Below, in pieces: positions 37,733 to 46,354 of a stretch of DNA of 64,000 nt. The notes below the pieces were generated by a model. The model did not search any database. It had not been told where the DNA came from and saw only the letters and a program-made list of their open reading frames with translations. Both the position numbers and the translations under genes were made by a program. Positions within the stretch are counted from its first letter, which is position 1, and every line of letters begins with the position of its first letter. The stretch is taken from the IMG/VR virus record IMGVR_UViG_3300046616_000314, positions 62,001 through 126,000 of that record, one strand, 5' to 3'.

Positions 37733-38172
37733 TTCAGTTTGAAAAGCATCATATCTTCTTCGACGGTAAACAACAATTTATATTCCAATTTTCTGGAATA
37801 TTTGTCGATAATTTCGTCAGTGGCGCAGGCTCGAAAATCAATTTCACCCTTCAACGAGTCGGCTTCTAGCCAATCGCTAATATAGGGGTGAAAATCGATA
37901 GGTGTTCCCCACCATTTTGTAAAATCACGATGTTCTTCGAACAGTTTCATAGAGGTTGTCGCATAGCCGCTCAGCGATAACCGATAAGCTGTTGACTGAT
38001 CAATGATGACTTCATGCTTGAACTTCATCATTTTGGCAGCATAGACTTGCCCTCTAGTCGGAGCGACTAAGAACTTAATATAGGTTCTCAACCACCGCAC
38101 GGGATGGTAGGCAACACAGAACGCAAGCCCGAGTAGGAACGTGCCTGTGATGATTTCCATCGCTAGGTTCAC
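37723..38172 (-). CDS. FKLK-motif protein with N-terminal membrane anchor
   Basis: IITGTFLLGLAFCVAY; FTVEEDMMLFKLKWF*. Confidence 0.75.
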   Translation of the reverse strand: MNLAMEIITGTFLLGLAFCVAYHPVRWLRTYIKFLVAPTRGQVYAAKMMKFKHEVIIDQSTAYRLSLSGYATTSMKLFEEHRDFTKWWGTPIDFHPYISDWLEADSLKGEIDFRACATDEIIDKYSRKLEYKLLFTVEEDMMLFKLKWF

Positions 38173-38633
38173 TCACCCATCCACTTCAGCTTGAACATCA
38201 CCATGTCTTCTTTTTTCTTGAAGTGCAGTTCGTAATGTCGTTCGTAATAAACGTCAGTGACTTTATGGTACTCTCGATAGGGGCGTTGATCGTCTCGTAC
38301 GACCAATTTAAATTTTGCGGGAATCCGAACGATGACCGCATACAATTTGGGTTCCGCTATCGAATGGGTTTCGCACCATGCGCGCACTTCATCCCGAACG
38401 TGAATTTTATAGTAGGCTCGATCTTTGTGAGGATTTTCGTAAAATTGCGTGATGTCTTGTGCCGCCCAAAGGCGATCAGCAATCTTTGTCGAACTGAACG
38501 CAATCTTGTTGCGATTCCAACGCCCAGGCTTTTTGAAATAACCATGAATGATCGGTGCGAACAGAAACAGTCCCGCGAACAGAAACCAACCAATCACTAA
38601 TGCAGTGGGTTTATCGCTCACTTCGACATCCAT
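38169..38633 (-). CDS. FKLK-motif protein with N-terminal membrane anchor
   Basis: LVIGWFLFAGLFLFAPII; FKKKEDMVMFKLKWM. Confidence 0.75.
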   Translation of the reverse strand: MDVEVSDKPTALVIGWFLFAGLFLFAPIIHGYFKKPGRWNRNKIAFSSTKIADRLWAAQDITQFYENPHKDRAYYKIHVRDEVRAWCETHSIAEPKLYAVIVRIPAKFKLVVRDDQRPYREYHKVTDVYYERHYELHFKKKEDMVMFKLKWMGE

Positions 38634-39046
38634 TTAAGCTTGAACATAACTATATCATCGGCGTTGCCGCATGTCACCCGATAATGATATCCCCACAGAT
38701 TCCGATGGAAGCTCAAGATTACTTTCTTCTTCAAATGGGTTTTATTCCATTCGTAGACGTGATCGTGAAATGGGATGGTGTGGAACTTTGACGTGCCGTG
38801 TTGGAGGCGCGACCACCATCTATGGTCACATAGATGGTCAATAACAGAGTCGTTAGGCTCACCAAGATAATCGGGCGTTTGGGGATCGATAATCAAGAAA
38901 TGCTTGGCGTGCTTGACTTTTAATTCAGGATTCCCAATTCGTTCGATAAGGGCGGCGAGACCATAGCCGACAGCCAAAGGCGAAATGGCAACCAAGAGGA
39001 AGCCACACGCCTTCAGCCCGATATCGAAGAACTGTTCAGGACTCAT
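38618..39046 (-). CDS. FKLK-motif protein with N-terminal membrane anchor
   Basis: GFLLVAISPLAVGYGLAALI; CGNADDIVMFKLKWM; start moved to the ATGA overlap. Confidence 0.75.
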   Translation of the reverse strand: MSPEQFFDIGLKACGFLLVAISPLAVGYGLAALIERIGNPELKVKHAKHFLIIDPQTPDYLGEPNDSVIDHLCDHRWWSRLQHGTSKFHTIPFHDHVYEWNKTHLKKKVILSFHRNLWGYHYRVTCGNADDIVMFKLKWMSK

Positions 39047-39435
39047 TTCACGGACAACGCTTGAAGTTCGGTTTCTTCCATATACGAACGGCGATAGACC
39101 GTGCGGAAGCGAATCTTGGAGCCGACACACAGTTCGCCCATGTACTGACCAGATTGGAAAGCATAACCACGTTCATCACCGGGACAACCGTTGATGCGTT
39201 GAGCGGTGACATCCGTGAGGGGTCCGCCTTTGAAATTGTAACCCTTGGCGTCCAGATCGGCGAAGTACGATTGGACCTGATTGGCGTCACGTTCCTCTTG
39301 CGACACCTTCGGAGTCGTCAGCGTTTCGCCGCGTTTGAAGGACGCGCCGATGCCCATACCGACCACCAAAACGATGAAAACAGCAATGATTCCGGCGGCG
39401 ACACGAGTGGGGATATTACCAAATCTACTAGACAT
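39043..39435 (-). CDS. Membrane-anchored hypothetical protein
   Basis: N-terminal hydrophobic helix; SD AGGAG. Confidence 0.65.
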   Translation of the reverse strand: MSSRFGNIPTRVAAGIIAVFIVLVVGMGIGASFKRGETLTTPKVSQEERDANQVQSYFADLDAKGYNFKGGPLTDVTAQRINGCPGDERGYAFQSGQYMGELCVGSKIRFRTVYRRSYMEETELQALSVK

Positions 39436-39444
39436 GCAGTTCTC

Positions 39445-40146
39445 CTATGATCCAGCTTTAAACTTAAACATGATTGCGTCTTCTTCGGTATCGAAGCTGA
39501 ACTTGAACAAAATGGCAGGAAGCTTCGTAACATCAGCTTCAAACGACCACTTACAGTTCAGGCTCGCCACCGTATTGAGGCAATGTTGCATCACGTCACA
39601 GTCGATTTCATCCATGCCACCCTTGGCGTGAACAATTACGGTATGCTTACGAGGATATTGGACGAAATTTTTGAAACGTCCACTCTTAAGATTCAACTCT
39701 TCTTTCGTGATTTCAACGTCGTACTCAAGATCAGCCCCGGTATTGGGGCAAATAGCCGTGGTGACGAACACATGATCAGCGGGCGCCATAGTAACGCCAT
39801 TGGAATTGGTGACAGATTGCGTATAGTATTCAACACCGTCATACCGATCATGACGACGGCTATGATACCTGACGCCATAGTGAAAGTCTTGACGAATGAA
39901 TTCACGAGTATACGCCCGGCGGAAGAGATACCGTCCAGGCATATGCATTAGATGATTAACCCGTCGCCGCAGTTCGCGCTTGTTCTTATCGATACCATCC
40001 GTGGCAAGACGAATATCACCACTGTTGATCGACACCATCAGCAGATCGGTGTCGTACATGGAATAGCAAGCCGCGAAGTATGCCGACGAGGCGTCAACGA
40101 ACCGCATTTCCATGTGAACGGGGTTGATGACGAGATACTTAGTCAT
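39445..40146 (-). CDS. FKLK-motif protein with long N-terminal region
   Basis: FSFDTEEDAIMFKFKAGS*. Confidence 0.75.
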   Translation of the reverse strand: MTKYLVINPVHMEMRFVDASSAYFAACYSMYDTDLLMVSINSGDIRLATDGIDKNKRELRRRVNHLMHMPGRYLFRRAYTREFIRQDFHYGVRYHSRRHDRYDGVEYYTQSVTNSNGVTMAPADHVFVTTAICPNTGADLEYDVEITKEELNLKSGRFKNFVQYPRKHTVIVHAKGGMDEIDCDVMQHCLNTVASLNCKWSFEADVTKLPAILFKFSFDTEEDAIMFKFKAGS

Positions 40147-40838
40147 TGCGCCGCCTTGAGCTTGAACATCACCGCATCATCTTCATTTTCAAAATGAAAA
40201 ATCATTTGCGGGTCAGCCATCAAATCGTAAGTCGCAGACAAAGACCATTTGTGAGTCACGGCACGGATTGCCGCGAGACGCATTTCGGGCGTTGCGAAAT
40301 CTGCACACGTGACCGGGTTCCGACGTTCATTTGGATCGAAATTCACAAAGCCCGTGGCGAATTCTTCCGGCGTCACCTTGCATGAGATCGAGGCGCCGTA
40401 ATGATCGTCTTCAAACGAACTTTGCGCGATGAAGAAATACAAATCTACGTCGCCATGGGCATGATGGTGCGTCACATGGCGATAATGATAATTCATTTTA
40501 TCGCCGTCGCATTCGCCTTTATATTCAATCGTGAAGCCCGGTTTCACCACTTGCATAGCCGTATTGAATCGAACGCGACCTTCACCACCCGCAAGAGCTT
40601 CGAAATAGCGTTTGCGATACTTGTTCTCAGCATAGCGTTGGAGATCAAGGGGGTTATCCGAGATCAGCCAGGACCAATCACCAATGATCTTGTGTTTGCC
40701 TTTGCCAATGATGACACCGTTTGCCTTTTTATAGTCGCGGGCGTGCTTCTTCATTGCGTGCTCATGCGACCGCGCCCGCACGATTTCATAACCGAGGCGG
40801 TTCGTTTTCATTACGATGAGGAAGTCACGCAAGCTCAT
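40143..40838 (-). CDS. FKLK-motif protein with long N-terminal region
   Basis: FHFENEDDAVMFKLKAAQ*. Confidence 0.75.
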   Translation of the reverse strand: MSLRDFLIVMKTNRLGYEIVRARSHEHAMKKHARDYKKANGVIIGKGKHKIIGDWSWLISDNPLDLQRYAENKYRKRYFEALAGGEGRVRFNTAMQVVKPGFTIEYKGECDGDKMNYHYRHVTHHHAHGDVDLYFFIAQSSFEDDHYGASISCKVTPEEFATGFVNFDPNERRNPVTCADFATPEMRLAAIRAVTHKWSLSATYDLMADPQMIFHFENEDDAVMFKLKAAQ

Positions 40839-41191
40839 TAGATTTCGACCCCTTCGGCACCGTCCAGGCGATCAAGGAAATCCCGCAGGGCTTCATAGTT
40901 CTTGTCACGGTCGAACGTGAATTCACCCATGGACGTACGGAACACGATCTTGTTGGCGATCACCACCTTGCTCCACTTCAGTAGGAAGTGAGCGGCGAAA
41001 TCCTTGCTATGCAGAAACACGTCGGGTTGCTTCGACTGATATTCCTGCACACGGGAGCGAACGTCTTGATCGCGATGTTGGTAGAGCCACGCGCGCACGG
41101 GATCATCATCACCACGCGGAACTTCATTCCGATAGGTGAACCGATAGACATGGTTCCGGTATTGGAAGCGGAGCTTCTTCGTCTCAGACAT
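40838..41191 (-). CDS. FKLK-motif family protein
   Basis: VRAWLYQ..LHSKDFAAHFLLKWS; start moved to MSETKK. Confidence 0.65.
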   Translation of the reverse strand: MSETKKLRFQYRNHVYRFTYRNEVPRGDDDPVRAWLYQHRDQDVRSRVQEYQSKQPDVFLHSKDFAAHFLLKWSKVVIANKIVFRTSMGEFTFDRDKNYEALRDFLDRLDGAEGVEI

Positions 41192-41426
41192 CTTTTTCAG
41201 TCTTTTCCACGGCGACCAAGCTCGAATTGCCATCCCGCGACGTGGCGATGACGGACGGGACCGGCGACAGACCCGAAAGTTCCATCGCCTTGAACAGGGC
41301 GTCATTGTCCAACGACACCTTGACGCCGCCAATCCACAGGTCGGAGACCCGCGAGCCGGGATAGCCGATGGTCACGTTCAGTTGGACGGTCTTGCCCAGC
41401 AATTCGGGGTTCATCTTCATCAACAA
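41184..41426 (-). CDS. Hypothetical protein
   Basis: SD AGGAG; coupled ORF. Confidence 0.6.
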   Translation of the reverse strand: MLMKMNPELLGKTVQLNVTIGYPGSRVSDLWIGGVKVSLDNDALFKAMELSGLSPVPSVIATSRDGNSSLVAVEKTEKDV

Positions 41427-41431
41427 ATCTC

Positions 41432-41803
41432 CTACAAAAATTTCAGCTTGAACAGAGCGGCATCTTCAGCTTCCACAAACCCAATTTGAATTCTATGGAA
41501 ACAATAATCAGACTCGACTATATTCGATTCACCTTTCGAAATCATATACGGAAGATCAATTTCTATATACGATTTTTCGTTTATGTCAAGATCGGGAATT
41601 TTCGTGTAATGAACCGGGCGGTCGAAAACACAATAATCTCCGATGAAATGCTCATCCATCCAATATTCTATGTCTTCAAAAAACCGGTTCGCCCGGCGCG
41701 CTTCGCGGTTTGGGTTGATAATCTTTTTGAATTGCTCATCCGTTAGTGTCACCCAATACGGGAGAACTTGGAGCACACGATAGGTCAGGCGCGTAACATC
41801 CAT
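41432..41803 (-). CDS. FKLK-motif family protein
   Basis: IEYWMDEHFIGDY; FVEAEDAALFKLKFL*. Confidence 0.8.
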   Translation of the reverse strand: MDVTRLTYRVLQVLPYWVTLTDEQFKKIINPNREARRANRFFEDIEYWMDEHFIGDYCVFDRPVHYTKIPDLDINEKSYIEIDLPYMISKGESNIVESDYCFHRIQIGFVEAEDAALFKLKFL

Positions 41804-42105
41804 CAGTACGGATGCGAGAAAGCCTCGCCCTTCCGGTCCAGATAGTCGCGCAGCTTGATATCAGCCAGTGGCGTGCCAGCCAGTTCTTCGACGGTCACGT
41901 GACCTTCTTGGAATTGCCAGTAGAGATCGTTCAGGATTTCGCCATAGGCAAACTTGGTACGAAATTCTTTTTCAGCGGCATGGGGGCAGCACGCTTGGAT
42001 CAGTTCAGCCGAAACGTATTGATTCGGCTTGCCACGATAGGCGATGTAGCGAACCTTGATCGAACGTTCGTTGTGAACCGCATCAATGTTGCACATATCG
42101 CACAT
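41803..42105 (-). CDS. Hypothetical protein
   Basis: SD GGAG; behind the promoter at 42134-42161. Confidence 0.6.
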   Translation of the reverse strand: MCDMCNIDAVHNERSIKVRYIAYRGKPNQYVSAELIQACCPHAAEKEFRTKFAYGEILNDLYWQFQEGHVTVEELAGTPLADIKLRDYLDRKGEAFSHPY

Positions 42106-42133
42106 AAAAGAATCTCCGAATGATTATCTTCGT

Positions 42134-42161
42134 AAGATACCAAAATTATTTCGATTGTCAA
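42134..42161 (-). promoter_or_regulatory. sigma70-like promoter
   Basis: TTGACA-N16-TATCTT. Confidence 0.7.
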
Positions 42162-42172
42162 GCAAAGACTAG

Positions 42173-42544
42173 TTACAAGAACTTGATCCGAAACATCGCA
42201 GCATCATCCACACTTTCAAAATAGAGAATGTCGCGATAGTACATCGCTTGCGGCGAGACAAGTCGTTGTTCGTCTAGTGTCGGGTTGTCTATTTCGGCGA
42301 GCGTCAATAACTCGCGACGAACTACCCAACGACCTTCGGTGGAACTAAGCCATTCACCGGAGGGTTGGTTGGGTATGAGGTAGAACGCGCCACCACCTGA
42401 ATACCTATAGAAAAATTCAAATGATTTTCGTGCGCTCATTTGGATTGAAGCCGCCGGTTCGAAACCGAACTTGGCTTCGTTATCGGTAGTCGGTTCAATC
42501 ATATACATTAATAATTTTTTGATGCGTGCAAGGGTCGTAGCCAT
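42173..42544 (-). CDS. FKLK-motif family protein
   Basis: YFESVDDAAMFRIKFL*. Confidence 0.75.
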   Translation of the reverse strand: MATTLARIKKLLMYMIEPTTDNEAKFGFEPAASIQMSARKSFEFFYRYSGGGAFYLIPNQPSGEWLSSTEGRWVVRRELLTLAEIDNPTLDEQRLVSPQAMYYRDILYFESVDDAAMFRIKFL

Positions 42545-42581
42545 GCGACGAATTTATAATTTTTAAATTGCGTTGGCAAGG

Positions 42582-42587
42582 TAAATA
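42582..42587 (+). promoter_or_regulatory. TAAATA late-type promoter element upstream of the release factor gene
   Basis: TAAATA 36 nt upstream of the ATG, then a GGATA/TATCC hairpin and SD AAGGAG. Confidence 0.55.
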
Positions 42588-42623
42588 GGCGTAGGATACA
42601 TTTCTATCCAAAGGAGAAAGACG

Positions 42624-43325
42624 ATGAAAAATATCATCGAAATTCGCTCCGCTGAAGGCGGGGCTGATTCAGCACTGTTCACAAAAGACCTTCTCAACGC
42701 ATATGTGCGTCTGTTCAACCGCAAGGGTTGAAAGTACCGCATCGTTCGTGAGAGACCGAGTGATGCAGGTTATAGCGAAATCGCCATCGAAGTTTCTGGC
42801 GATGATCTCACACCACTAAAAAATGAAGCCGGTGGACACCGAGTCCAGCGCGTGCCCGAAACGGAAGCCCGTGGGCGTGTTCACACGTCTACGGTAACTT
42901 GTGCCGTCTTAGATGTAGAAACTACAACGGACACCGATTCGATCTACTCGAAACGTAATCCCGATGATTTTGCCTATCGTTGGTATTCTGGCACAGGTAA
43001 AGGCGGACAAAAAAGAAACAAATCGCAATCGTGCTTAGAGCTAACTCATATTCCAAGTGGGTTATCTCAACAATCGCACGGTCGGTCACGGGAAGTGAAT
43101 TCTACACAAGCCATGACTGCCCTGATCGCAGATTTGGATTCCATGGCAAAAAACGCCAAAGCATCAATTGTTGCGGAAGATCGCAAAGGTCAAATCGGAT
43201 CGGGTATGCGCGGTGATAAACGCCGCACGTATCGTTTCCAAGATGGAACAATTACCGATCACGTCACCGGGCGTACTATTACAACGAAGGCATTTTCTAA
43301 GGGTAACTTAGACCTTCTTTGGTAA
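42624..43325 (+). CDS. prfA: Class I peptide chain release factor (RF1-like, no N-terminal domain 1) with in-frame UGA at codon 36 (42729-42731)
   Basis: ATG 42624 with SD; IEIRSAEGGADSALF..NRKG*KYRIV..NEAGGHRVQRVPETEARGRVHTS (PxT motif)..GTGKGGQ..RRTYRF..ITDH, all in one frame. Confidence 0.85.
42736..42770 (+). promoter_or_regulatory. Hairpin immediately 3' of the in-frame UGA (candidate readthrough stimulator)
   Basis: ACC-GCATC-GTTCG..CGAGT-GATGC-A-GGT: 13 pairs including two G-U, with one bulge. Confidence 0.5.
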
Positions 43326-43991
43326 TCGTCCCATGATCCATCCACTAGCGAGATAACTTTCCAACTCGCTAGTGGATACCATCATCGATTTCGTTTGGTT
43401 GTTTATCCATTTGCGTCCTGCATTGAAGGCGGGTTTTCCAAAATTAAAATGGGATGAACCAGATAGTTTTCGACTATGCGTGGCTCGCCATTCTGGTGGA
43501 TGAATTTTTCCGAACATCGGATTTTTATCACCCGTAAACCTGCCCTTTTTGCTTTGGGACATTTTATCACGAGATTCAGTAGAATGTGACTTTCCATACA
43601 TATGATGGTGGGTTCCACTGATTTTGCTTAAGCTATCAGAAGAATGTTTCTTACCGTAAAAGGGATTGTTTTTACCCATTGTAGATTTTTTTGCGGTATT
43701 GATAAATCTATCATATGCTCTAGCAGTAGGAGCATTTTCTTTCATACGACATAGCGCGTAGAACATTTTCGAACGAGCTTGTGGATTTTTTAATTTAGTC
43801 AGCAATACGTGTGCAATATAATGCTCTCTGGTCGTAAGATACACTAAGTTGTCTTTAGTATTAGGACCACCAAGGCTTTTTGGAATTATGTGATGGCGTT
43901 CTAAACCAGGAGCTTTAACCCGGTCCAATCGAATTGCATTATCTATAATTTTAGTATAGAGTTTTTTATACTTTATTTTTAGCCAAATCAT
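43308..43991 (-). CDS. HNH homing endonuclease with NUMOD3 DNA-binding repeats
   Basis: ERHHIIPKSLGG..DNLV.LT.REHYIAH; NPFYGKKHS, HMYGKSHS, NPMFGKIH repeats. Confidence 0.9.
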   Translation of the reverse strand: MIWLKIKYKKLYTKIIDNAIRLDRVKAPGLERHHIIPKSLGGPNTKDNLVYLTTREHYIAHVLLTKLKNPQARSKMFYALCRMKENAPTARAYDRFINTAKKSTMGKNNPFYGKKHSSDSLSKISGTHHHMYGKSHSTESRDKMSQSKKGRFTGDKNPMFGKIHPPEWRATHSRKLSGSSHFNFGKPAFNAGRKWINNQTKSMMVSTSELESYLASGWIMGRLPKKV

Positions 43992-44006
43992 AACGTATAA
44001 GTATGA

Positions 44007-44270
44007 TTACTTCATGTCCATGAAGGTGTTGGCGAATTTCCACATGCGCGCGGTCGCAGTCAGGATGATAGGTTCACCAGCGTTCGCCGATGCCATGCCG
44101 CCGATCACATTGAAATTGTCGCCTTGCATCAGTTCCCGAACAGCGGCGTCGAAATACTTGTTGTCGGGGGTGATGGTTACGCGCCCATCTTCTGATTCGA
44201 GGAAGCCCTTGGCAATACGTGCCAGCAGGGCGATGCGATAGATATCGTAGTCAGATTGTGGGGGAGACAT
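44007..44270 (-). CDS. Hypothetical protein
   Basis: Behind the promoter at 44304-44333. Confidence 0.6.
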   Translation of the reverse strand: MSPPQSDYDIYRIALLARIAKGFLESEDGRVTITPDNKYFDAAVRELMQGDNFNVIGGMASANAGEPIILTATARMWKFANTFMDMK

Positions 44271-44303
44271 AAACGAAAAATCTCAAAGATGGTTAATATC
44301 CTC

Positions 44304-44333
44304 AAGATACCAAACATTAACCGTCTTTGTCAA
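44304..44333 (-). promoter_or_regulatory. sigma70-like promoter
   Basis: TTGACA-N18-TATCTT. Confidence 0.55.
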
Positions 44334-44334
44334 C

Positions 44335-44595
44335 TTATAATCGGTAGAAAATTATCGGGTGGCTACAGCCTTGATCCCACAAGATGCCAATCCAGTAATA
44401 GACACCTTCAATACACACGACATCATTCCGATCCACTTTCATGTGATCAGTGGTTTTCTTGATACCCGAAGCAATGTTGGTAATCGGAGAGCCATTTTCA
44501 TACTTGGTGATACGATACGCTTTCTTAAGTTCGGTCGAGCGAACGTATTGGTCAAAGACCAAATTAGTTGCGTTTCGTTTGCGGCTCTTAGACAT
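44335..44595 (-). CDS. Hypothetical protein
   Basis: ORF divergent from the gene at 44644. Confidence 0.5.
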   Translation of the reverse strand: MSKSRKRNATNLVFDQYVRSTELKKAYRITKYENGSPITNIASGIKKTTDHMKVDRNDVVCIEGVYYWIGILWDQGCSHPIIFYRL

Positions 44596-44633
44596 AGAGA
44601 ATATCTAGCACAAAATTCGTTTTAGTCTAGTCA

Positions 44634-44639
44634 TAAATA
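44634..44639 (+). promoter_or_regulatory. T4-late-like promoter element TAAATA
   Basis: TAAATA-ATCG-ATG (gene start 44644). Confidence 0.7.
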
Positions 44640-44643
44640 ATCG

Positions 44644-46230
44644 ATGCGCTATCGTGACCTTCTCAAAGAATCTCCCCAGACTGGTTTTAAGCCCGGCTTT
44701 GAGCAATGGTTCGCGGGTTCTAAAGTCGTAGACAAATCCGGTCAGCCTTTGGTTTGCTATCACGGTACGTTCAGAGATTTTGCGGAATTCCAATATAACG
44801 ACAACGGTTGGGCGGGCTCTGGCTTCAATCGTCTAGGGTTCTGGTTCGATACCGATCCCAAGACCCCAGGCTGGCTTGCGGGCGACGAAGAGGGCTATGG
44901 CATCGGAGACGGTGGAAACATCAAGCCTTGCTATCTGTCGATCAAAAAACCTCTCGTCATGTCGGGTGACATGATCTGGAACGAGGACTTGGACGAGCTT
45001 CGTCAGCTTCGTAAAAATGTTTCAGCAACGTATGCGGCGCGGCGCGCAGCCAAGAACGGTGATTGGAACTTCGGACAATTAGACCTAACCTATCGCGATG
45101 CGTCGAGAGCATTTGACGCGGCTATGGAAAAGATGATGCAGAATGACGGTTGGACCCGGATCATGCGTCTTCTTCCGAACGGCATTAAGTCAACTACTGA
45201 GGAAGTCGCTGCGTTCCAGGCTGAATGCATCGCCGAAGGTTACGACGGTATTCATTTCGTGGATACGATGGCTGACTCAGGAACCCGTGACTATGCGCCT
45301 ACTGATTGGTGGTTGGCATTCCATCCAAATCAAATCAAGTCAGTCTTCGCTTCACAATTCAATCCACAGTCCACCAACATGAGCGAAGCTCAAGAGTTGG
45401 ATGAAATCATGGAAATCCCTGATTTTGACGATGACATCAACAATCAACGTCGTTCGCTGAATTGGGGAGAAAAAATTAAAGATTCCAAGAAAGTTGGAAA
45501 GATCGGACCCTATAATTTGGTCGTTCATCGCAGTGCTTGGGGTGATGAATATCTTTTGCTAGATAATCAGAAACACCCAATGGGCAAGGCGACTGTCTCA
45601 AAATATTCAGGTGGCTTCTATCGCGTCGGACACATTTGGTTTGATCCGACCGTCCGAGGCAAGGGCTACGGCTATTTGTTCTATCGTTTTCTGATCGACA
45701 AAGGCATGAAAGTCATCACTGACACCGATCAAACACGGTTCAGCCGAGGCGTGTGGTCTAAGCTGGCGCGCGAAGGTTTCGTGTATGAATATTTTGAAGA
45801 TGATACGCTAGGGTCCAAGGTTACGGACACCCAGGATTTCTACGGCAATCGTCTATCTAGATTGGCGGCTGTTAAGCCCGGCACGGTCAAAGAGAGTGCG
45901 CTTGTTGAGAAGACGATCTTCATTCCAGACTCATCGGGTATGAATTTCGTGGTAATGAAAAATCCGTCGAAGGCACAATATTTTAAATTGCTGCATCCCG
46001 ACTCAGACCTGAAGGGTTTGATTTCGGGCAAGGATTTCTATGTGTGGGCAGCATATCACGCTCACCATGGGCAGATTGCGCACGGGTTGGGTCTAGGCGA
46101 GGATGCGTATCGTATCTTTGTTCGATACAACGCGATCCTCGCTCATCCATCGTTGTTCCCGGCTATTCGAGATAATCCGCAGATGAAATATCTATATGGT
46201 CCGTCTGGACCGAATCTAGAAAGCGAGTAA
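44644..46230 (+). CDS. Polyvalent protein: ART-PolyVal-like ADP-ribosyltransferase + GNAT acetyltransferase + unknown domain
   Basis: WFAGSKVVDKSGQPLVCYHGT..GFWF..CYLSIKKP..GYDGI..AFHPNQIKS; GHIWFDPTVRGKGYG..TDTDQT..GVWSKL. Confidence 0.75.
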   Translation: MRYRDLLKESPQTGFKPGFEQWFAGSKVVDKSGQPLVCYHGTFRDFAEFQYNDNGWAGSGFNRLGFWFDTDPKTPGWLAGDEEGYGIGDGGNIKPCYLSIKKPLVMSGDMIWNEDLDELRQLRKNVSATYAARRAAKNGDWNFGQLDLTYRDASRAFDAAMEKMMQNDGWTRIMRLLPNGIKSTTEEVAAFQAECIAEGYDGIHFVDTMADSGTRDYAPTDWWLAFHPNQIKSVFASQFNPQSTNMSEAQELDEIMEIPDFDDDINNQRRSLNWGEKIKDSKKVGKIGPYNLVVHRSAWGDEYLLLDNQKHPMGKATVSKYSGGFYRVGHIWFDPTVRGKGYGYLFYRFLIDKGMKVITDTDQTRFSRGVWSKLAREGFVYEYFEDDTLGSKVTDTQDFYGNRLSRLAAVKPGTVKESALVEKTIFIPDSSGMNFVVMKNPSKAQYFKLLHPDSDLKGLISGKDFYVWAAYHAHHGQIAHGLGLGEDAYRIFVRYNAILAHPSLFPAIRDNPQMKYLYGPSGPNLESE

Positions 46231-46354
46231 CCGCTTCCTTTTCTTTGCGTTCCTTGATGCGTTCCTGAACGATGCGTAAGAAGCCCAGGTAGGCAAGAAA
46301 AATAAAGAAAGCAGCGAGCAAGATGAGATCAACGGTTTGCGTAGAGATTTGCAT
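46163..46354 (-). CDS. Small membrane protein
   Basis: One hydrophobic helix. Confidence 0.5.
   Translation of the reverse strand: MQISTQTVDLILLAAFFIFLAYLGFLRIVQERIKERKEKEAVTRFLDSVQTDHIDISSADYLE

Noticed and set aside
42729-42731. Genome-wide UGA=Trp recoding (genetic code 4)
   Set aside because: Dozens of genes end at TGA with ATGA coupling, TGG is used for Trp throughout, and no other recognised gene is interrupted by TGA
42720-42735. prfB-style +1 frameshift
   Set aside because: No CTT-TGA slippery site, and homology continues in the same frame
42729-42770. Selenocysteine insertion
   Set aside because: The aligned residue in RF1 homologs is Trp, not Cys, and no Sec machinery is visible; kept only as a remote alternative
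42852-43325. ORF-track release factor starting at GTG 42852
   Set aside because: It would begin inside the decoding motif (RVPET) with no SD; the true start is 42624
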